Assembly (NCBI GenBank): GCA_026981825.1
Contig: JALSID010000163.1
Span: 6,936-70,935, forward strand
Reading direction: 5' to 3'
Origin: Planctomycetota bacterium
Lineage (GTDB): Bacteria > Planctomycetota > Planctomycetia > JALXBF01
Length of the DNA: 64,000 bases
A program made the translations under genes and the position numbers. Position 1 is the first letter of the stretch, and every line of letters begins with the position of its first letter. Shown in pieces: positions 20,426 through 30,925 of the stretch. The notes beneath the pieces are model-generated. The model did not search any database. It saw only the letters and a program-made list of their open reading frames with translations, and was not told where the DNA came from.

Positions 20426-21073
20426 ATGGAGCGCGAGAGGCTTGAGCCTGAGGTCCGGCCCGGCGATGGTCCCGATCTAACCGCGCCGAGCGAACGGGAA
20501 GCCGGTCATGACGCGTGGTTGGTGGAGCAGGCGAGGCGAGGCGACCAAGCCGCTTTTGAAGAGATCGTGCATCGCTATGAGCGACGCTTGACAAAGGCCC
20601 TCTACCACCTGGTCGGTGACATCGAAGTTGCTCGGGACATCGCGCAGGAGAGCTTCTTGCGGTTTTATCAGGCTCTACACCGGTTCGATGCGTCGCGGAG
20701 AGTGGGCCCGTGGCTGTTCCGGATCGCGGTGAACCTGGCGACGGACTGGCGCCGCCGCGGACGACACCTCTCCACGCGCGCCCGCGCGCAACAGCGCGGT
20801 GTTGAACCAACTTCCCAAGTGGGTTATCCCGAAGCAGACGATCGGGCACTGGCCGAGGAAGTACGACACGTGCTCAACCAGTTACCCGAGCCGTATCGAC
20901 TGGTGTTGGTGCTCCGCGAACTCGAGGGTCTCCCGAACTCCGAGATCGCGGCGATTACGGGACGGAAGGAGGCCACGATCCGCTGGCGACTGGCACAGGC
21001 GCGCCAGATGTTCAAGGAACTGTGGCATGCGAGGCTGAACGGTCACATATCGCATCCGAAGGACGATTCCTAG
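20426..21073 (+). CDS. ECF-family RNA polymerase sigma factor (sigma-70 regions 2 and 4)
   Basis: ...FEEIVHRYERRLTKALYHLVGDIEVARDIAQESFLRFYQALHRFD... (region 2) and ...LPEPYRLVLVLRELEGLPNSEIAAITGRKEATIRWRLAQAR (region 4). Confidence 0.85.
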   Translation: MERERLEPEVRPGDGPDLTAPSEREAGHDAWLVEQARRGDQAAFEEIVHRYERRLTKALYHLVGDIEVARDIAQESFLRFYQALHRFDASRRVGPWLFRIAVNLATDWRRRGRHLSTRARAQQRGVEPTSQVGYPEADDRALAEEVRHVLNQLPEPYRLVLVLRELEGLPNSEIAAITGRKEATIRWRLAQARQMFKELWHARLNGHISHPKDDS

Positions 21074-21077
21074 CGCC

Positions 21078-21689
21078 ATGTTCTCCTTCTTTCGAACCCA
21101 ATGGACCTGCCGCCGCGTGCGGAGGCGACTCCCCCTGCTCGTCGGCGGCGACCTAACAGGTCGTGAGCAGCTTCAGGTGGAAGCGCACGTCGCCTCATGT
21201 GAGCGGTGCAGGCAGGAGCTCTGTCAGTTCGAGCAGTCGGCAGCGGCCCTGCAAGCCCTGGCAGAATCGGACGCCGCCCTTGCGATCCCAAGCGTGCTTC
21301 CGGAGTTGCGCCGGCGGTTGGCCACTCCCCGCCCGTCCTCTATCCGAAGGGAGCACAGTTTCTCGGCGGCCGCCCTCGCTCTACTCGGAAGCCTGTCCGT
21401 AACGGCGATCGTCGTGGGAACCATGTTGGTACAGTGGGCGCCACCCGGTCGTGGTAACGGTCCGTCAGCGGGCGCTGAAACCGGTGGTAAAGTAGCGGCG
21501 ACGCCGACCCAAGCGGTACAGTCGTCAACCCGCCAAGCGGTGGCCGCCCAGCTTGACATGGCCGTGCTTGCCTCGAACGGTTCTCCTACGTCAGACGAAA
21601 CGGCCGTGTCCGATCAAACCCAGTGCCGATACACACTCGACCTGGCGACACCTATGGACGCGTACGAACCTGCACTGGATGAGTACTGA
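21078..21689 (+). CDS. zinc-finger (ZAS-type) anti-sigma factor with TM segment
   Basis: Starts 5 nt after sigma gene. H-x3-C-x2-C motif (HVASCERC). Central TM helix (AAALALLGSLSVTAIVVGTMLV). Confidence 0.65.
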   Translation: MFSFFRTQWTCRRVRRRLPLLVGGDLTGREQLQVEAHVASCERCRQELCQFEQSAAALQALAESDAALAIPSVLPELRRRLATPRPSSIRREHSFSAAALALLGSLSVTAIVVGTMLVQWAPPGRGNGPSAGAETGGKVAATPTQAVQSSTRQAVAAQLDMAVLASNGSPTSDETAVSDQTQCRYTLDLATPMDAYEPALDEY

Positions 21690-21996
21690 CGGGGGTGCAG
21701 AGGGTTTTGGGCTTGCGGACGGCAATTCCACCGTGTCAAGCACCGCTTCTTTACTGAGTTATTGTCGCCGTCAGCACCGCGATTCCCCCCGCGTCCACTG
21801 GTAAATCCGACTGCGAGCGGGGCTCGCACCGGGGGGGCGTTATACGGCGGATTGGCTCCCGCCATACCGGATTGGCGTCCAAATGCAAGCAAATGACGCC
21901 TTTTCAGCGTACTCCTGACTGGACATGATGTCCGCCAGTCGTCAGGGTAGGCGGTCGGTTTTTCCACAGGGTGCGGACCAGGGGCAATAGGAAACG

Positions 21997-23148
21997 ATGC
22001 TCCACCGATCGAAGCACCTTCTAAGTTGGTCGGCTTTGTTCGCCGCTCTCGCCCTGGCCGGGCGGGTTTCGGAACACGACTGCGCAAGCTGCGGTGGGGT
22101 GTGGAGCGAGGTGTACGAACAGGCGAAGCGGAGTGTTGTCACGGTAGAGTGCTTGCTACCCAAAGACGAGGGATATCAGGAGGTTCTCAGCGGCGTTGCC
22201 GTCGACAAAGGAGTGATCGTCACGGTTGGCCTGCGACCGGCCGGCCGTTCGCCCGTCCTGTGCGTTCGAGATTCCTCGGGGGTAACCCACGCCGCTACCT
22301 GGGTCGGTCTGGACCGGGACACCGGAATCGCTGTGCTGACGACAGAACCGGATGCGGTGCCACCGATCCCCCTGGCTACCACTGCCCCCAGGATTGGCCA
22401 GCCCATCCTCGTGGTTGGCAATCCATATGGGCTCCGGCTGAGCGCGAAACCGGGGGCGATTGCAGGTCTGAACCGGATGATCAAACTAGGTGGCCGGGTG
22501 CAAAGCGGACTTGTGCAACTTTCCGCCCCCGTCCATCCGGGCGACAACGGAGCGCCTGTGTGCAACTGCAGGGGAGAGATGGTAGCACTGATTCGCTCAG
22601 GCCTATCGATCGCCGGTCCTGATGGCAGCTACGCACAAGCAGACGACATAGCATTTGCAACTCCTGCAACGTTGGTACGGCAGGCGATTGACCGCGTCTT
22701 ACGCAGCGGTCCGAACGACCTGGCCATCCAGGTGGACCAGGCCTATTTCGGTATCGTTCCGACCACCACGACCACAGCAGATCCGGAAGGGCTACGCGTC
22801 CTGAAAGTAACCCCGCGCTCGCCTGCTGCAGAAGCGGGCTTGCGTGCCGGCGATGTGATTACCAATGTAGGTGGACACCGCGTCCGAACACCCGCGGACC
22901 TGGCGGCTGTTCTGGAGAAACACCCGCCTGGCAGTCTGGTTGAGGTGCGCTTCCGGAGGGGATCCGAATGGCACACGGTTCGGGTCGTTCTGGGGCGGCG
23001 GCGCCGGCCGGCCGGACCGACGGCTGCTCCGCGCTTCTCCCCGAAACCCGACCGGCTAAGACACCTGGAACAAGAGGTGAACAGGCTGAGGGAAGAGATT
23101 CGGCGGTTGCGACAGGCCCTGCGGGCCGGCCAAGGGGCGGAGAGTTGA
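21997..23148 (+). CDS. HtrA/DegP-like trypsin-fold + PDZ protein, apparently catalytically inactive
   Basis: Signal peptide. PDZ motif (GLRVLKVTPRSPAAEAGLRAGDVIT). Protease core aligns to DegP but has GDNGAP instead of GNSGGP (Ser to Asn) and lacks the TNNHV His motif. Confidence 0.75.
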   Translation: MLHRSKHLLSWSALFAALALAGRVSEHDCASCGGVWSEVYEQAKRSVVTVECLLPKDEGYQEVLSGVAVDKGVIVTVGLRPAGRSPVLCVRDSSGVTHAATWVGLDRDTGIAVLTTEPDAVPPIPLATTAPRIGQPILVVGNPYGLRLSAKPGAIAGLNRMIKLGGRVQSGLVQLSAPVHPGDNGAPVCNCRGEMVALIRSGLSIAGPDGSYAQADDIAFATPATLVRQAIDRVLRSGPNDLAIQVDQAYFGIVPTTTTTADPEGLRVLKVTPRSPAAEAGLRAGDVITNVGGHRVRTPADLAAVLEKHPPGSLVEVRFRRGSEWHTVRVVLGRRRRPAGPTAAPRFSPKPDRLRHLEQEVNRLREEIRRLRQALRAGQGAES

Positions 23149-23193
23149 ACACGGAACGGAACGCTCCATCGGAGCCAAGCAGGTTGTCCCGGA

Positions 23194-23433
23194 TCATTCG
23201 CAGCACGGCTGACCCGTGAGTCGGCAACAATCGGGACCACAGGGGCCGGCGTCTTCGCGTGACGTAATCGGAAGCCTTCTTTGTCCTGCAGAACGGGCCG
23301 GCGCCGGTACGCTGAGCAGCTTTGTGACCGCGGTGCTGCGGCAGTCCGGACAGGCTGGGCGCTCATCGAATCGTCGGACGAGCGTCTCAAACTCTTTGCC
23401 ACACGCGTCGCAACGGAATTCGTAGATAGGCAT
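23194..23433 (-). CDS. FmdB-family zinc-ribbon regulatory protein
   Basis: MPIYEFRCDACGKEFE...CPDCRS: two CxxC pairs, classic FmdB N-terminus. Confidence 0.7.
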   Translation of the reverse strand: MPIYEFRCDACGKEFETLVRRFDERPACPDCRSTAVTKLLSVPAPARSAGQRRLPITSREDAGPCGPDCCRLTGQPCCE

Positions 23434-23545
23434 CGGTCACCCTCCAGACGACACCCCGATGTAGCCGTCGCTCGTACTTAAGTGTACGATTGCGAGCGTT
23501 GGATAGGGATCGGAGGGCGAACAACGGACTGACTGGACTGCGCAG

Positions 23546-24238
23546 ATGGGTCGGGAATTACCACCGCTTAGCCGTGATCAGATTCGAGAAATCGATCGTC
23601 GCACCATCGAGGACCTGGGTTTACCCGGTATCGCGCTCATGGAGAATGCGGGGCGCGGGTGTGCGATGTGGCTGCGTGAAATGGGGGCCGTTGGTCCGGT
23701 GGTCATCTGTTGCGGCAAGGGCAATAACGCGGGGGACGGCTTTGTTGTCGCCCGCCATCTTGATGCTTGGGACATTCCGGTACACGTGGTTTTGACAAGT
23801 GACCCGGGCGAGCTCCGTGGGGACGCGGCGACCAACTTCGCCGTTATCGATCGCGCGTCGATCCCCTGGAGCGGGCCGGATCCTCGCCTGGACTCGGAGG
23901 AAACGCGAGCCCTTCTACACGACGCCCAATGGGTGGTGGACGCCCTGCTCGGCACTGGCACCAGGGGAACCATTCGAGAGCCGGTGGCCACCGCAATCGA
24001 ACAGATCAATGCCTGCCCCGCTCGACGGTTCTCGATCGACATACCCAGCGGACTCGATTGCGATTCGGGCCGACCGCTCGGTCCTACGGTACAGGCCGAC
24101 TGCACGGCTACGTTCGTGGCTGTGAAGAAGGGGTTCGTGAACCCGGAGGCGCATCGCTATCTGGGCGAGGTCCGGGTAATCGACATCGGCGTCCCGCGGG
24201 TGATTCTGGAGTTCTACCTGGAGGGCCAACGAGGCTGA
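23546..24238 (+). CDS. nnrE: NAD(P)H-hydrate epimerase (YjeF N-terminal domain)
   Basis: ICCGKGNNAGDGFVVARHL matches the YjeF-N GxGNNGGDG motif. Confidence 0.85.
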   Translation: MGRELPPLSRDQIREIDRRTIEDLGLPGIALMENAGRGCAMWLREMGAVGPVVICCGKGNNAGDGFVVARHLDAWDIPVHVVLTSDPGELRGDAATNFAVIDRASIPWSGPDPRLDSEETRALLHDAQWVVDALLGTGTRGTIREPVATAIEQINACPARRFSIDIPSGLDCDSGRPLGPTVQADCTATFVAVKKGFVNPEAHRYLGEVRVIDIGVPRVILEFYLEGQRG

Positions 24239-24337
24239 GAGAGGTCCGGACCGGTGCGCGGCCCCCCCGGCGCCGGCGTGTCACGCACGGCTGGAATGTG
24301 GATCGCACAGAACCCCAGAGTGCTCCCGCCCCCCAAC

Positions 24338-26080
24338 TCAAGGTACCACACTCAGCCATAGGGCCCACCAGCCCACCGCGGCAGCGGTAGCTCCCCAATC
24401 CACTGGCGGCACAAACACGACAGGGGGTACCGGATCACCAGGCCGGTGCAGCCCTTCCGTGGAGATGGGCTGCCAGGGGGGAGTAAGCCAGGCGCGGTAA
24501 GGCAAGAGCACGAAATCCGCGTAGAACTTGCCGGCCGACAGGAACGGCTGAAAGATGCCCACGTGGTTGCCGTACCGCTCTGCTGATATGTCGTCGAAGT
24601 AGACGGGCAGATGCCAGTTCACAGGAGCGACGTACGAGGCGGTCATCGGCGACCAGTCACGTGGCTTGGCGGGGACAGAATCCGGCCAGATGCGGATGGT
24701 GGGATAGGTGTCCAACTGCTGTTTCCGGAACTCTTCAGCGCGTGTGATGGCCACATTCACGTCATCGGTTAAGCTCTGGCCGACCCCCTCCTGTTCGGGG
24801 AGCAATCGTTCCAACGCCAGCTCCACTCGGTGCCGGTCGATGGCCAGTGGCGCTTGTTGTCGGGCTTGCTTTAGTGCGATGACGAGACGATCGGCAGTCA
24901 GGACGAGGGTTTCAAGCTGTTCGATCGCCTGGGCAACCCGCTGTTGAGCAATCGCGCAGCTTTCCACCGGATCAGGCACACGCATCACGCGGGTATGCTC
25001 CCGGCCGCAGATTGGGCAGGGAACCTCTTCGGTCTTGGTGACGTGTCCCTTCAGCACCTGTTCCGCATCCCAGAGCAAGAGGAAGACCGTGTCGATCTGG
25101 GTCTCTGCGGTGGCCAGAATAGCCCATGCATCGCGTTCCGCGTCGGTTGCTGGAGTGTGCGTGTCCACCTTCTGCTGGACCGCTTGGACGTCGGCTGAGA
25201 GCTGGGGAATCCGCTCCGCAGCAGCGCGCACATCGCTGTGAAGCTGTTGGAGGAGCGGAATTGCGTCGAACGCCGCTTTAAAGAGGGCCTGAAGTCGTTC
25301 TCCCCCCTCCGTCGGTGCGCAGGGTTGGAACACTTCGGTCCGCAAGGTCTCGAGTTGCTGGACAATCATGGCGCACTGGGTGCGCAATTGGTCCAGACGT
25401 CCGGCTGTCTCACGAAGCTCCTGCACGGTCGCCGTCAGTGGCTGCACACGTGGATCGTCGTCAGGAAGATTAGCGATCGCCTGGGACAATTGTGCAGCCG
25501 CCGCGTCAAGCTGCTCCCCGGTCAGGTCGAGGAACCCCACCGTTCCCAGTCCGCGCTCTCGTCCAGGTGGCCCGAGGAGAAGAGCTGCGATGCGGATGAG
25601 CCGGTGGACGCGAAGCCAATCCGATGCATTCGGGCCGCCCTCTTGGGCCGCCTTTTGCAGCGTTTCCAGCAAACGGATCGCTTCGGACAGGGCAGCCTCG
25701 GCATCTCGAGCCCGCTGCAGGGCGTTGCCCTGCGGCGAAGGCTCACCCGAGTCTCCCAGGTAACGCACCGCATTCTCCAGGGCAAATGCGCCGGCCAGAC
25801 GAAGTAAGCGGCGGCTCGCCAGGATGCGTGAATTGGCCGAGCGGACACTGGCCCGAATGCTCTCCAGTTTTGACTCCCGTTCCAGACGCTCAAACAGGAC
25901 AGCCTCGGTCTCGAGCCGCGCGAACTGGAAAATGTCGCTGATCAGCTCTGGCGTCGGCTCCACCGGATACCGATACGCCTTGGACCGTGAACTGCTCGAT
26001 TCCTGCTGCGCGGGCGCCGTCTGCTGCGCAAGCAGGGCGAACGCGATCACAAGGCCGCCCAGTTCAATCCAGGTCGCCAT
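24338..26080 (-). CDS. secreted coiled-coil hypothetical protein with CPICG zinc-ribbon-like motif
   Basis: Signal peptide [20 protein letters not shown]; long Q/A/L/E-rich helical region; CPICGREH. Start overlaps 3' end of guaB by 17 nt. Confidence 0.6.
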   Translation of the reverse strand: MATWIELGGLVIAFALLAQQTAPAQQESSSSRSKAYRYPVEPTPELISDIFQFARLETEAVLFERLERESKLESIRASVRSANSRILASRRLLRLAGAFALENAVRYLGDSGEPSPQGNALQRARDAEAALSEAIRLLETLQKAAQEGGPNASDWLRVHRLIRIAALLLGPPGRERGLGTVGFLDLTGEQLDAAAAQLSQAIANLPDDDPRVQPLTATVQELRETAGRLDQLRTQCAMIVQQLETLRTEVFQPCAPTEGGERLQALFKAAFDAIPLLQQLHSDVRAAAERIPQLSADVQAVQQKVDTHTPATDAERDAWAILATAETQIDTVFLLLWDAEQVLKGHVTKTEEVPCPICGREHTRVMRVPDPVESCAIAQQRVAQAIEQLETLVLTADRLVIALKQARQQAPLAIDRHRVELALERLLPEQEGVGQSLTDDVNVAITRAEEFRKQQLDTYPTIRIWPDSVPAKPRDWSPMTASYVAPVNWHLPVYFDDISAERYGNHVGIFQPFLSAGKFYADFVLLPYRAWLTPPWQPISTEGLHRPGDPVPPVVFVPPVDWGATAAAVGWWALWLSVVP

Positions 26081-27545
26081 CCGTGTACTCCGATACGGTT
26101 GTGTAGTTGGGCGCTTCCTGGGTAATCGCCACATCGTGGGGATGGCTCTCCACAACCCCCGCTGCCGTGACTTCCACAAACCGGCTCCGGCTGCGGAGCT
26201 CCTCGATATTGCGTGTACCCGCGTAGCCCATCCCTGCACGCAGGCCACCGACGAGCTGGTACACGATCTCGGCCAACGGCCCCTTGTACGGGACCCGCCC
26301 CTCTACCCCCTCGGGAACCAGCTTCTCCGGTCTCGTCCCGCTCTGGCGGTAGCGATCGCTCGAGCCGCTAACCATTGCGCCCAACGATCCCATGCCTCGG
26401 TACAGTTTGAAGCGGCGTCCCTTGTAGATGATCAGTCTTCCAGGGCTCTCGGCCGCCCCCGCGAACAAACCGCCCAGCATGACCGCGTGGGCCCCGGCAG
26501 CGATTGCCTTCGTGATATCGCCGGAGTACCGAATACCTCCGTCCGCGATGATGCGGACGCCGGTGCCCTGTACGGCCCGTGCCGCTTCGGCAATTGCCGT
26601 CAACTGCGGCACCCCAACGCCAGAGACCACCCGAGTCGTGCAAATCGAGCCCGGGCCGATGCCTACCTTAACTGCATCGGCACCGGCCTCTACCAGAGCT
26701 TTAGCGCCGTCGTAGGTGGCTACGTTGCCCGCTATGACCTCGCAGCCATACCGGTTCTTGATCTCTCGCACCGTCTCCAGCACATTGCGGGAATGGCCGT
26801 GCGCCGAGTCCACCACGATGACATCAACATCCGCCTCCAACAGTTTCTCAACTCGCTCGAAGTCGTAAACCCCAACTGCAGCCCCCACCCGCAGCCGGCC
26901 GCGATCGTCCTTGCTGGCATGGGGAAAGCGGTGCATCTTGTCGATGTCCTTGATCGTGATCAATCCCCTCAGCTTGTACTCTTCGTCCACCAGCAACAGC
27001 TTCTCGACCTTATTACGCATCAGGATCCGTTCTGCCTCTTCCAGGGTCGTCGTCTCCGGCGCAGTGACCAGGTTGTCCTTGGTCATCACCTGCTCGATGG
27101 GTGTATCGTCGGCTTCGTGGAACCGAAGGTCGCGCCGGGTGAGGATGCCGCGGAGCCGGTTGTCCTCATCCACAATCGGGACACCGCTGATGTTCTGCCG
27201 CTCCATCACCTCTCGGGCTTCCCGCACCGTCTGCCAGGGATGCAAAGTCACCGGATCCACGATAATGCCGCTCTCCGAACGTTTGACCTTGTACACCTCC
27301 TGCGCCTGCTCCTCGATCGACATGTTCTTGTGGATCACGCCCAGGCCACCCTCCTGAGCTAAAGCAATGGCAAGATCCGCTTCGGTGACGGTATCCATGG
27401 GGGCAGATAGCAGCGGAATGCGCAGACGGATGGTGGGTGTGATCCACGTGCTCGTGTCCGCATCACGCGGCAGGAAATCGCTGTAGCCCGGCAACAAGAA
27501 CACGTCGTCAAAGGTCACGCCGCGCAGCACGATTCGCTCACGCAT
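26064..27545 (-). CDS. guaB: inosine-5'-monophosphate dehydrogenase
   Basis: [20 protein letters not shown]-terminus; tandem CBS domains; catalytic loop [11 protein letters not shown]. Confidence 0.95.
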   Translation of the reverse strand: MRERIVLRGVTFDDVFLLPGYSDFLPRDADTSTWITPTIRLRIPLLSAPMDTVTEADLAIALAQEGGLGVIHKNMSIEEQAQEVYKVKRSESGIIVDPVTLHPWQTVREAREVMERQNISGVPIVDEDNRLRGILTRRDLRFHEADDTPIEQVMTKDNLVTAPETTTLEEAERILMRNKVEKLLLVDEEYKLRGLITIKDIDKMHRFPHASKDDRGRLRVGAAVGVYDFERVEKLLEADVDVIVVDSAHGHSRNVLETVREIKNRYGCEVIAGNVATYDGAKALVEAGADAVKVGIGPGSICTTRVVSGVGVPQLTAIAEAARAVQGTGVRIIADGGIRYSGDITKAIAAGAHAVMLGGLFAGAAESPGRLIIYKGRRFKLYRGMGSLGAMVSGSSDRYRQSGTRPEKLVPEGVEGRVPYKGPLAEIVYQLVGGLRAGMGYAGTRNIEELRSRSRFVEVTAAGVVESHPHDVAITQEAPNYTTVSEYTDGDLD

Positions 27546-27682
27546 CGAGACGCCTCCGGTACCGGTCAACCCGTGTGTTTTGGCCAATCCTATAAAATGA
27601 CGGCAAGTCGGGCCGTACCATCCCGTGGCCGCGTGGTTGCTGCTGGGCGAACAACTCGCACCTCCTCCAAGCTGGGCAAACC

Positions 27683-28147
27683 ATGGCGTCGGAGCACCGT
27701 GAATGGCAAGCGACGGGCACTTACCGTGAGCGGTCGCGGCGGTGGATGCTGCTTGTGCTTGCCGGCGTATGGTTGAGTCCCCTGGTTATCGCCCAATGGT
27801 TGCACCCAGACCCCCGCGGCTATGGGACCCATGAACAGCTTGGGCTACCACCCTGCGGGTTCAAACTGGTCACCGGCTTAAATTGCCCTGGGTGTGGAGG
27901 CACCACGGCCTTCGTCCTCGCCGCCCACGGGCATGTCTGGAAGGCGCTCCGCTGCCACATCGTAGGAACAACGCTTGCCGTGCTCGCTGCCACCCTGACG
28001 GTCTACGACTTGTTTGGCGCACTCACGAACGCCAGACTGTGCGTGCGCCGCTACCTCGTCCCCGCTCTAGTGACCTTGACAGCAACGTTGGTTCACATCA
28101 TGCTCTGGAGCTGGCAAGTCGGCCTTCACCTGACGGCGGTGAAATAG
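27683..28147 (+). CDS. DUF2752 domain membrane protein
   Basis: [22 protein letters not shown] motif, then TM helices. Confidence 0.7.
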   Translation: MASEHREWQATGTYRERSRRWMLLVLAGVWLSPLVIAQWLHPDPRGYGTHEQLGLPPCGFKLVTGLNCPGCGGTTAFVLAAHGHVWKALRCHIVGTTLAVLAATLTVYDLFGALTNARLCVRRYLVPALVTLTATLVHIMLWSWQVGLHLTAVK

Positions 28148-28185
28148 GACATGTCAGCGACGGAGAGAAGGGAGGAAACGCGGAA

Positions 28186-28842
28186 ATGGCCAGGATGGCC
28201 GGTGAACTGTTCAAGAATCGCTGGATTCTGCTGTGCACGCTGGCCGGCCTGACCACGACACTGGTTGGATGTCGGCCGGCAGCCCTCCTGTACTACCTGC
28301 TGCTTGCGCCGGAGCCGAAGATCCCGGCCGAATTCGACAGCCTCAAAGGATCAAAGACGGTCTTGCTGGTGCACGCGAGCACCAACGCCCAACTGGCTCA
28401 TCCTACGATCGAAACCGAGCTGCAGCGGCTCATCGCAAAGAGGTTGCTCGAAAACGTCGAGAAGATCCAGATTGCCGATCCCACCGAAGTTGCTAACTGG
28501 TGTGCCGAACACGAAGGCTACAGCCTAGAACAGCTCGGCAAGGCGTTCGACGCGGACTACGTCGTGCAGGTGGAACTCCATCGCTTCGCCATTGAGGATC
28601 CCAGTAGCCCCGAGCTTTACCAGGGACACGCCACGGCCACGATCCAGGTGGCCGACGTCGAAAAAGGGGGCGAGATCGTGTATGACGCCTACGTCGAGAG
28701 CACTTTCCCGGCCAGTCGGGCGGTGCCGTCCAGCGAAATCTCTGCTCTGCGGTTCCGCGATCTCTACGTCAAGCGGGTGGCCGATGAGATTGCCCGCCAT
28801 TTCCACGCCTACCGGCGGGAGGATACGTTCAGCTTGCACTAG
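28186..28842 (+). CDS. lipoprotein
   Basis: GGGAGG SD 12 nt upstream of ATG 28186. Signal peptide with lipobox LAGLTTTLVGC. Track ORF 27883.. has a spurious N-terminal extension overlapping the DUF2752 gene. Confidence 0.6.
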   Translation: MARMAGELFKNRWILLCTLAGLTTTLVGCRPAALLYYLLLAPEPKIPAEFDSLKGSKTVLLVHASTNAQLAHPTIETELQRLIAKRLLENVEKIQIADPTEVANWCAEHEGYSLEQLGKAFDADYVVQVELHRFAIEDPSSPELYQGHATATIQVADVEKGGEIVYDAYVESTFPASRAVPSSEISALRFRDLYVKRVADEIARHFHAYRREDTFSLH

Positions 28843-28989
28843 CCGCACGCAGAGGCGGGCAACCAACGGAGCAGCACGTGTGTGATGGAGCCGTGTCTCA
28901 CCAGGCAAACCGCACGCCACCACGCTTGACCATGCTCAGTATGTGGGCGAAGCAGGCCACCGCCCGGACCTTCCTCCCGACCGTAGCGC

Positions 28990-29886
28990 TCATGGCCCGG
29001 TCGTTTGAACGGCCTTCGTGGCGGCGGGAGCCCCCCCTTTGACGAGATCGGTGCAGAGCTCGCCATGGTACACACAGAGTGCGGGGCCGCTCAGGTAGAC
29101 ATGGTCGTCGCTGGCCCAAGTGATATCGAGCGTTCCCCCCGGCAGCTCGACCGCCACCTGCCGCGCAGTACGGTTGGTTAGCGCGCCGGCCACAACCACT
29201 GCGCACGCCCCCGTGCCACACGCCTGAGTCTCGCCGCACCCCCGCTCCCACACGCGCACTCGAACCCGCGACGGCGACAGCACGTTGACGAACTCCACGT
29301 TCGTCCGCTCAGGAAACTCATGCGAACACTCCAGCGCCAAACCATACTCCTGCACCGGGAACTTCTCCACGGGCTCCTTGAGAAAGACCACACAATGGGG
29401 GTTCCCCATGGACAGAACGCAAAGCTGGAGGACCCGATCCCGGACCACCTTCCGCACGTTCAGAGGAGGACGTCCGATCAAACTGGTGGGGATCTCCTGC
29501 GGTTCCAGCACAGGCCTGCCCATGTCGATCCGTACATTTAAGCCCCCTTCCGGTGCCTGCGACAAGACTTCCCCTTTCAGGACGCCAGCCGCGGTCTCGA
29601 CAGGGATCGCGGACGGGTTCGTGCCCAGCCTCTCATACAGGTAGCGCACGACGCAGCGCAGGCCGTTGCCGCACATCTCCGCTTCAGATCCGTCCGCGTT
29701 AAAGATGCGCATCCTGGCCACAGCCACGTCGGAAGGTAAGACCAGGATCAGCCCATCCGCCCCCACAGCGTGACGACGAGGGCACAAGCGGCGCGCAAGG
29801 GCGCCCGGATCCTGCGGCGCCGACTGGTCAAAACAGTCGACCACGATGAAGTCGTTCCCAGTTCCCTGCATCTTCACGAATCGCAT
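28990..29886 (-). CDS. dapF: diaminopimelate epimerase
   Basis: MRFVKMQGTGNDFIVVD... and catalytic Cys regions (CGNGLRC, ACGTGACA). Confidence 0.9.
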   Translation of the reverse strand: MRFVKMQGTGNDFIVVDCFDQSAPQDPGALARRLCPRRHAVGADGLILVLPSDVAVARMRIFNADGSEAEMCGNGLRCVVRYLYERLGTNPSAIPVETAAGVLKGEVLSQAPEGGLNVRIDMGRPVLEPQEIPTSLIGRPPLNVRKVVRDRVLQLCVLSMGNPHCVVFLKEPVEKFPVQEYGLALECSHEFPERTNVEFVNVLSPSRVRVRVWERGCGETQACGTGACAVVVAGALTNRTARQVAVELPGGTLDITWASDDHVYLSGPALCVYHGELCTDLVKGGAPAATKAVQTTGP

Positions 29887-30179
29887 GGCGATCGATCCTC
29901 AAGAGGGTCGCTGCGGGGATCACTTCGCGCGCAGCCCGATTCGCCTAGAATCAGCATGTCCCGAGGGTAAGGGCAACCGACGGTCGTGGGCCAAAACGAC
30001 GTCGGGGAACAGTTACCAGCGTGCGCTTCGCGGTCGCCCGAAAGCCCTGCACCGGTTCAGGACCGGCCTGCACGGGGGGTGGCAGGAAATCCGTGGCTGG
30101 AAAGCGGGGCCTGATCCCTGGGAGCCGAACAGCCGCGCTCACCCGGCGGCACCTCCAAGCGGCGCGGACTGCTCCCATG

Positions 30180-30572
30180 TTAAACAGACGCGATGAGATC
30201 CGCAACCGTCGTTATCAGCCCACACGTCTCACCGCCGCCAAGCATGCGCCGCGCCTGCTCCCAGCATGCCCGTGCCTTACGGCGTTGCCGACGCACCCCC
30301 ACGAACCGACCCGCACGCCGCTTCAGCTTTGCCACCGCCACGTGGATCAGGGCCTTGAGCAGATGGGCCTCCGGGGCAGCTACGCGGCGTGCTTCGTGCC
30401 AGAGAGCTTCGAGCACAACATGGCTCTCCCACGGTGCACCGCCACGAAGCCAGCCTAGAGCCTGTTGAAACGCCTTGCAGTGACACAAGTTCGAAACGCA
30501 CCGTGCCGGCCCTTCCGGGGGCAACGTCCTGTCCAGAAGGCCCTGTTCGTCCGGACGAGCCTGGGCCGGCAT
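30180..30572 (-). CDS. DUF309 domain protein
   Basis: FQQALGWLRGGAPWESHVVLEALWHEA...HLLKALIHVAVAKL matches the DUF309 F..G..LFN.G.YWEAHE.LE.LW...GLIQ.A.A core. Start uncertain; the ORF continues upstream to 30938 with a Cys-rich, low-complexity extension. Confidence 0.55.
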   Translation of the reverse strand: MPAQARPDEQGLLDRTLPPEGPARCVSNLCHCKAFQQALGWLRGGAPWESHVVLEALWHEARRVAAPEAHLLKALIHVAVAKLKRRAGRFVGVRRQRRKARACWEQARRMLGGGETCGLITTVADLIASV

Positions 30573-30925
30573 CGTGTCCGGCACGAACCCGCACCGGATC
30601 TGGACCGTGCTAATTTCGCAGTCGCACAGATCTGGGGCGGACTCGCTGTCGAGCTTGCACATCGGACCAGATGGCCTCACGCCACTCTCACCTGTCGGCC
30701 ACCGGCAGCCACCCTCATTATCGCGATCACGGCGGCAGCCTTCTTCATGCCGATCCACCACACGCCCTACGGATCTACGCGCACAACTACCGTATCCGAC
30801 TCCGGCACCGGCCCGTCCGTTGCAGGATGGTGCGACGGGGACAGCCACGCTAACATAAGCAGAACACCGACAACCGGGCGAGACGATTGGATCAAAGCCC
30901 TGGCACTCGCCCGCGGAGACCCGCG

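Noticed and set aside
27883-28185. N-terminal extension of track ORF 27883..28842
   Set aside because: It overlaps the DUF2752 gene in another frame. The internal ATG 28186 has a GGGAGG SD and begins a proper lipoprotein signal peptide.
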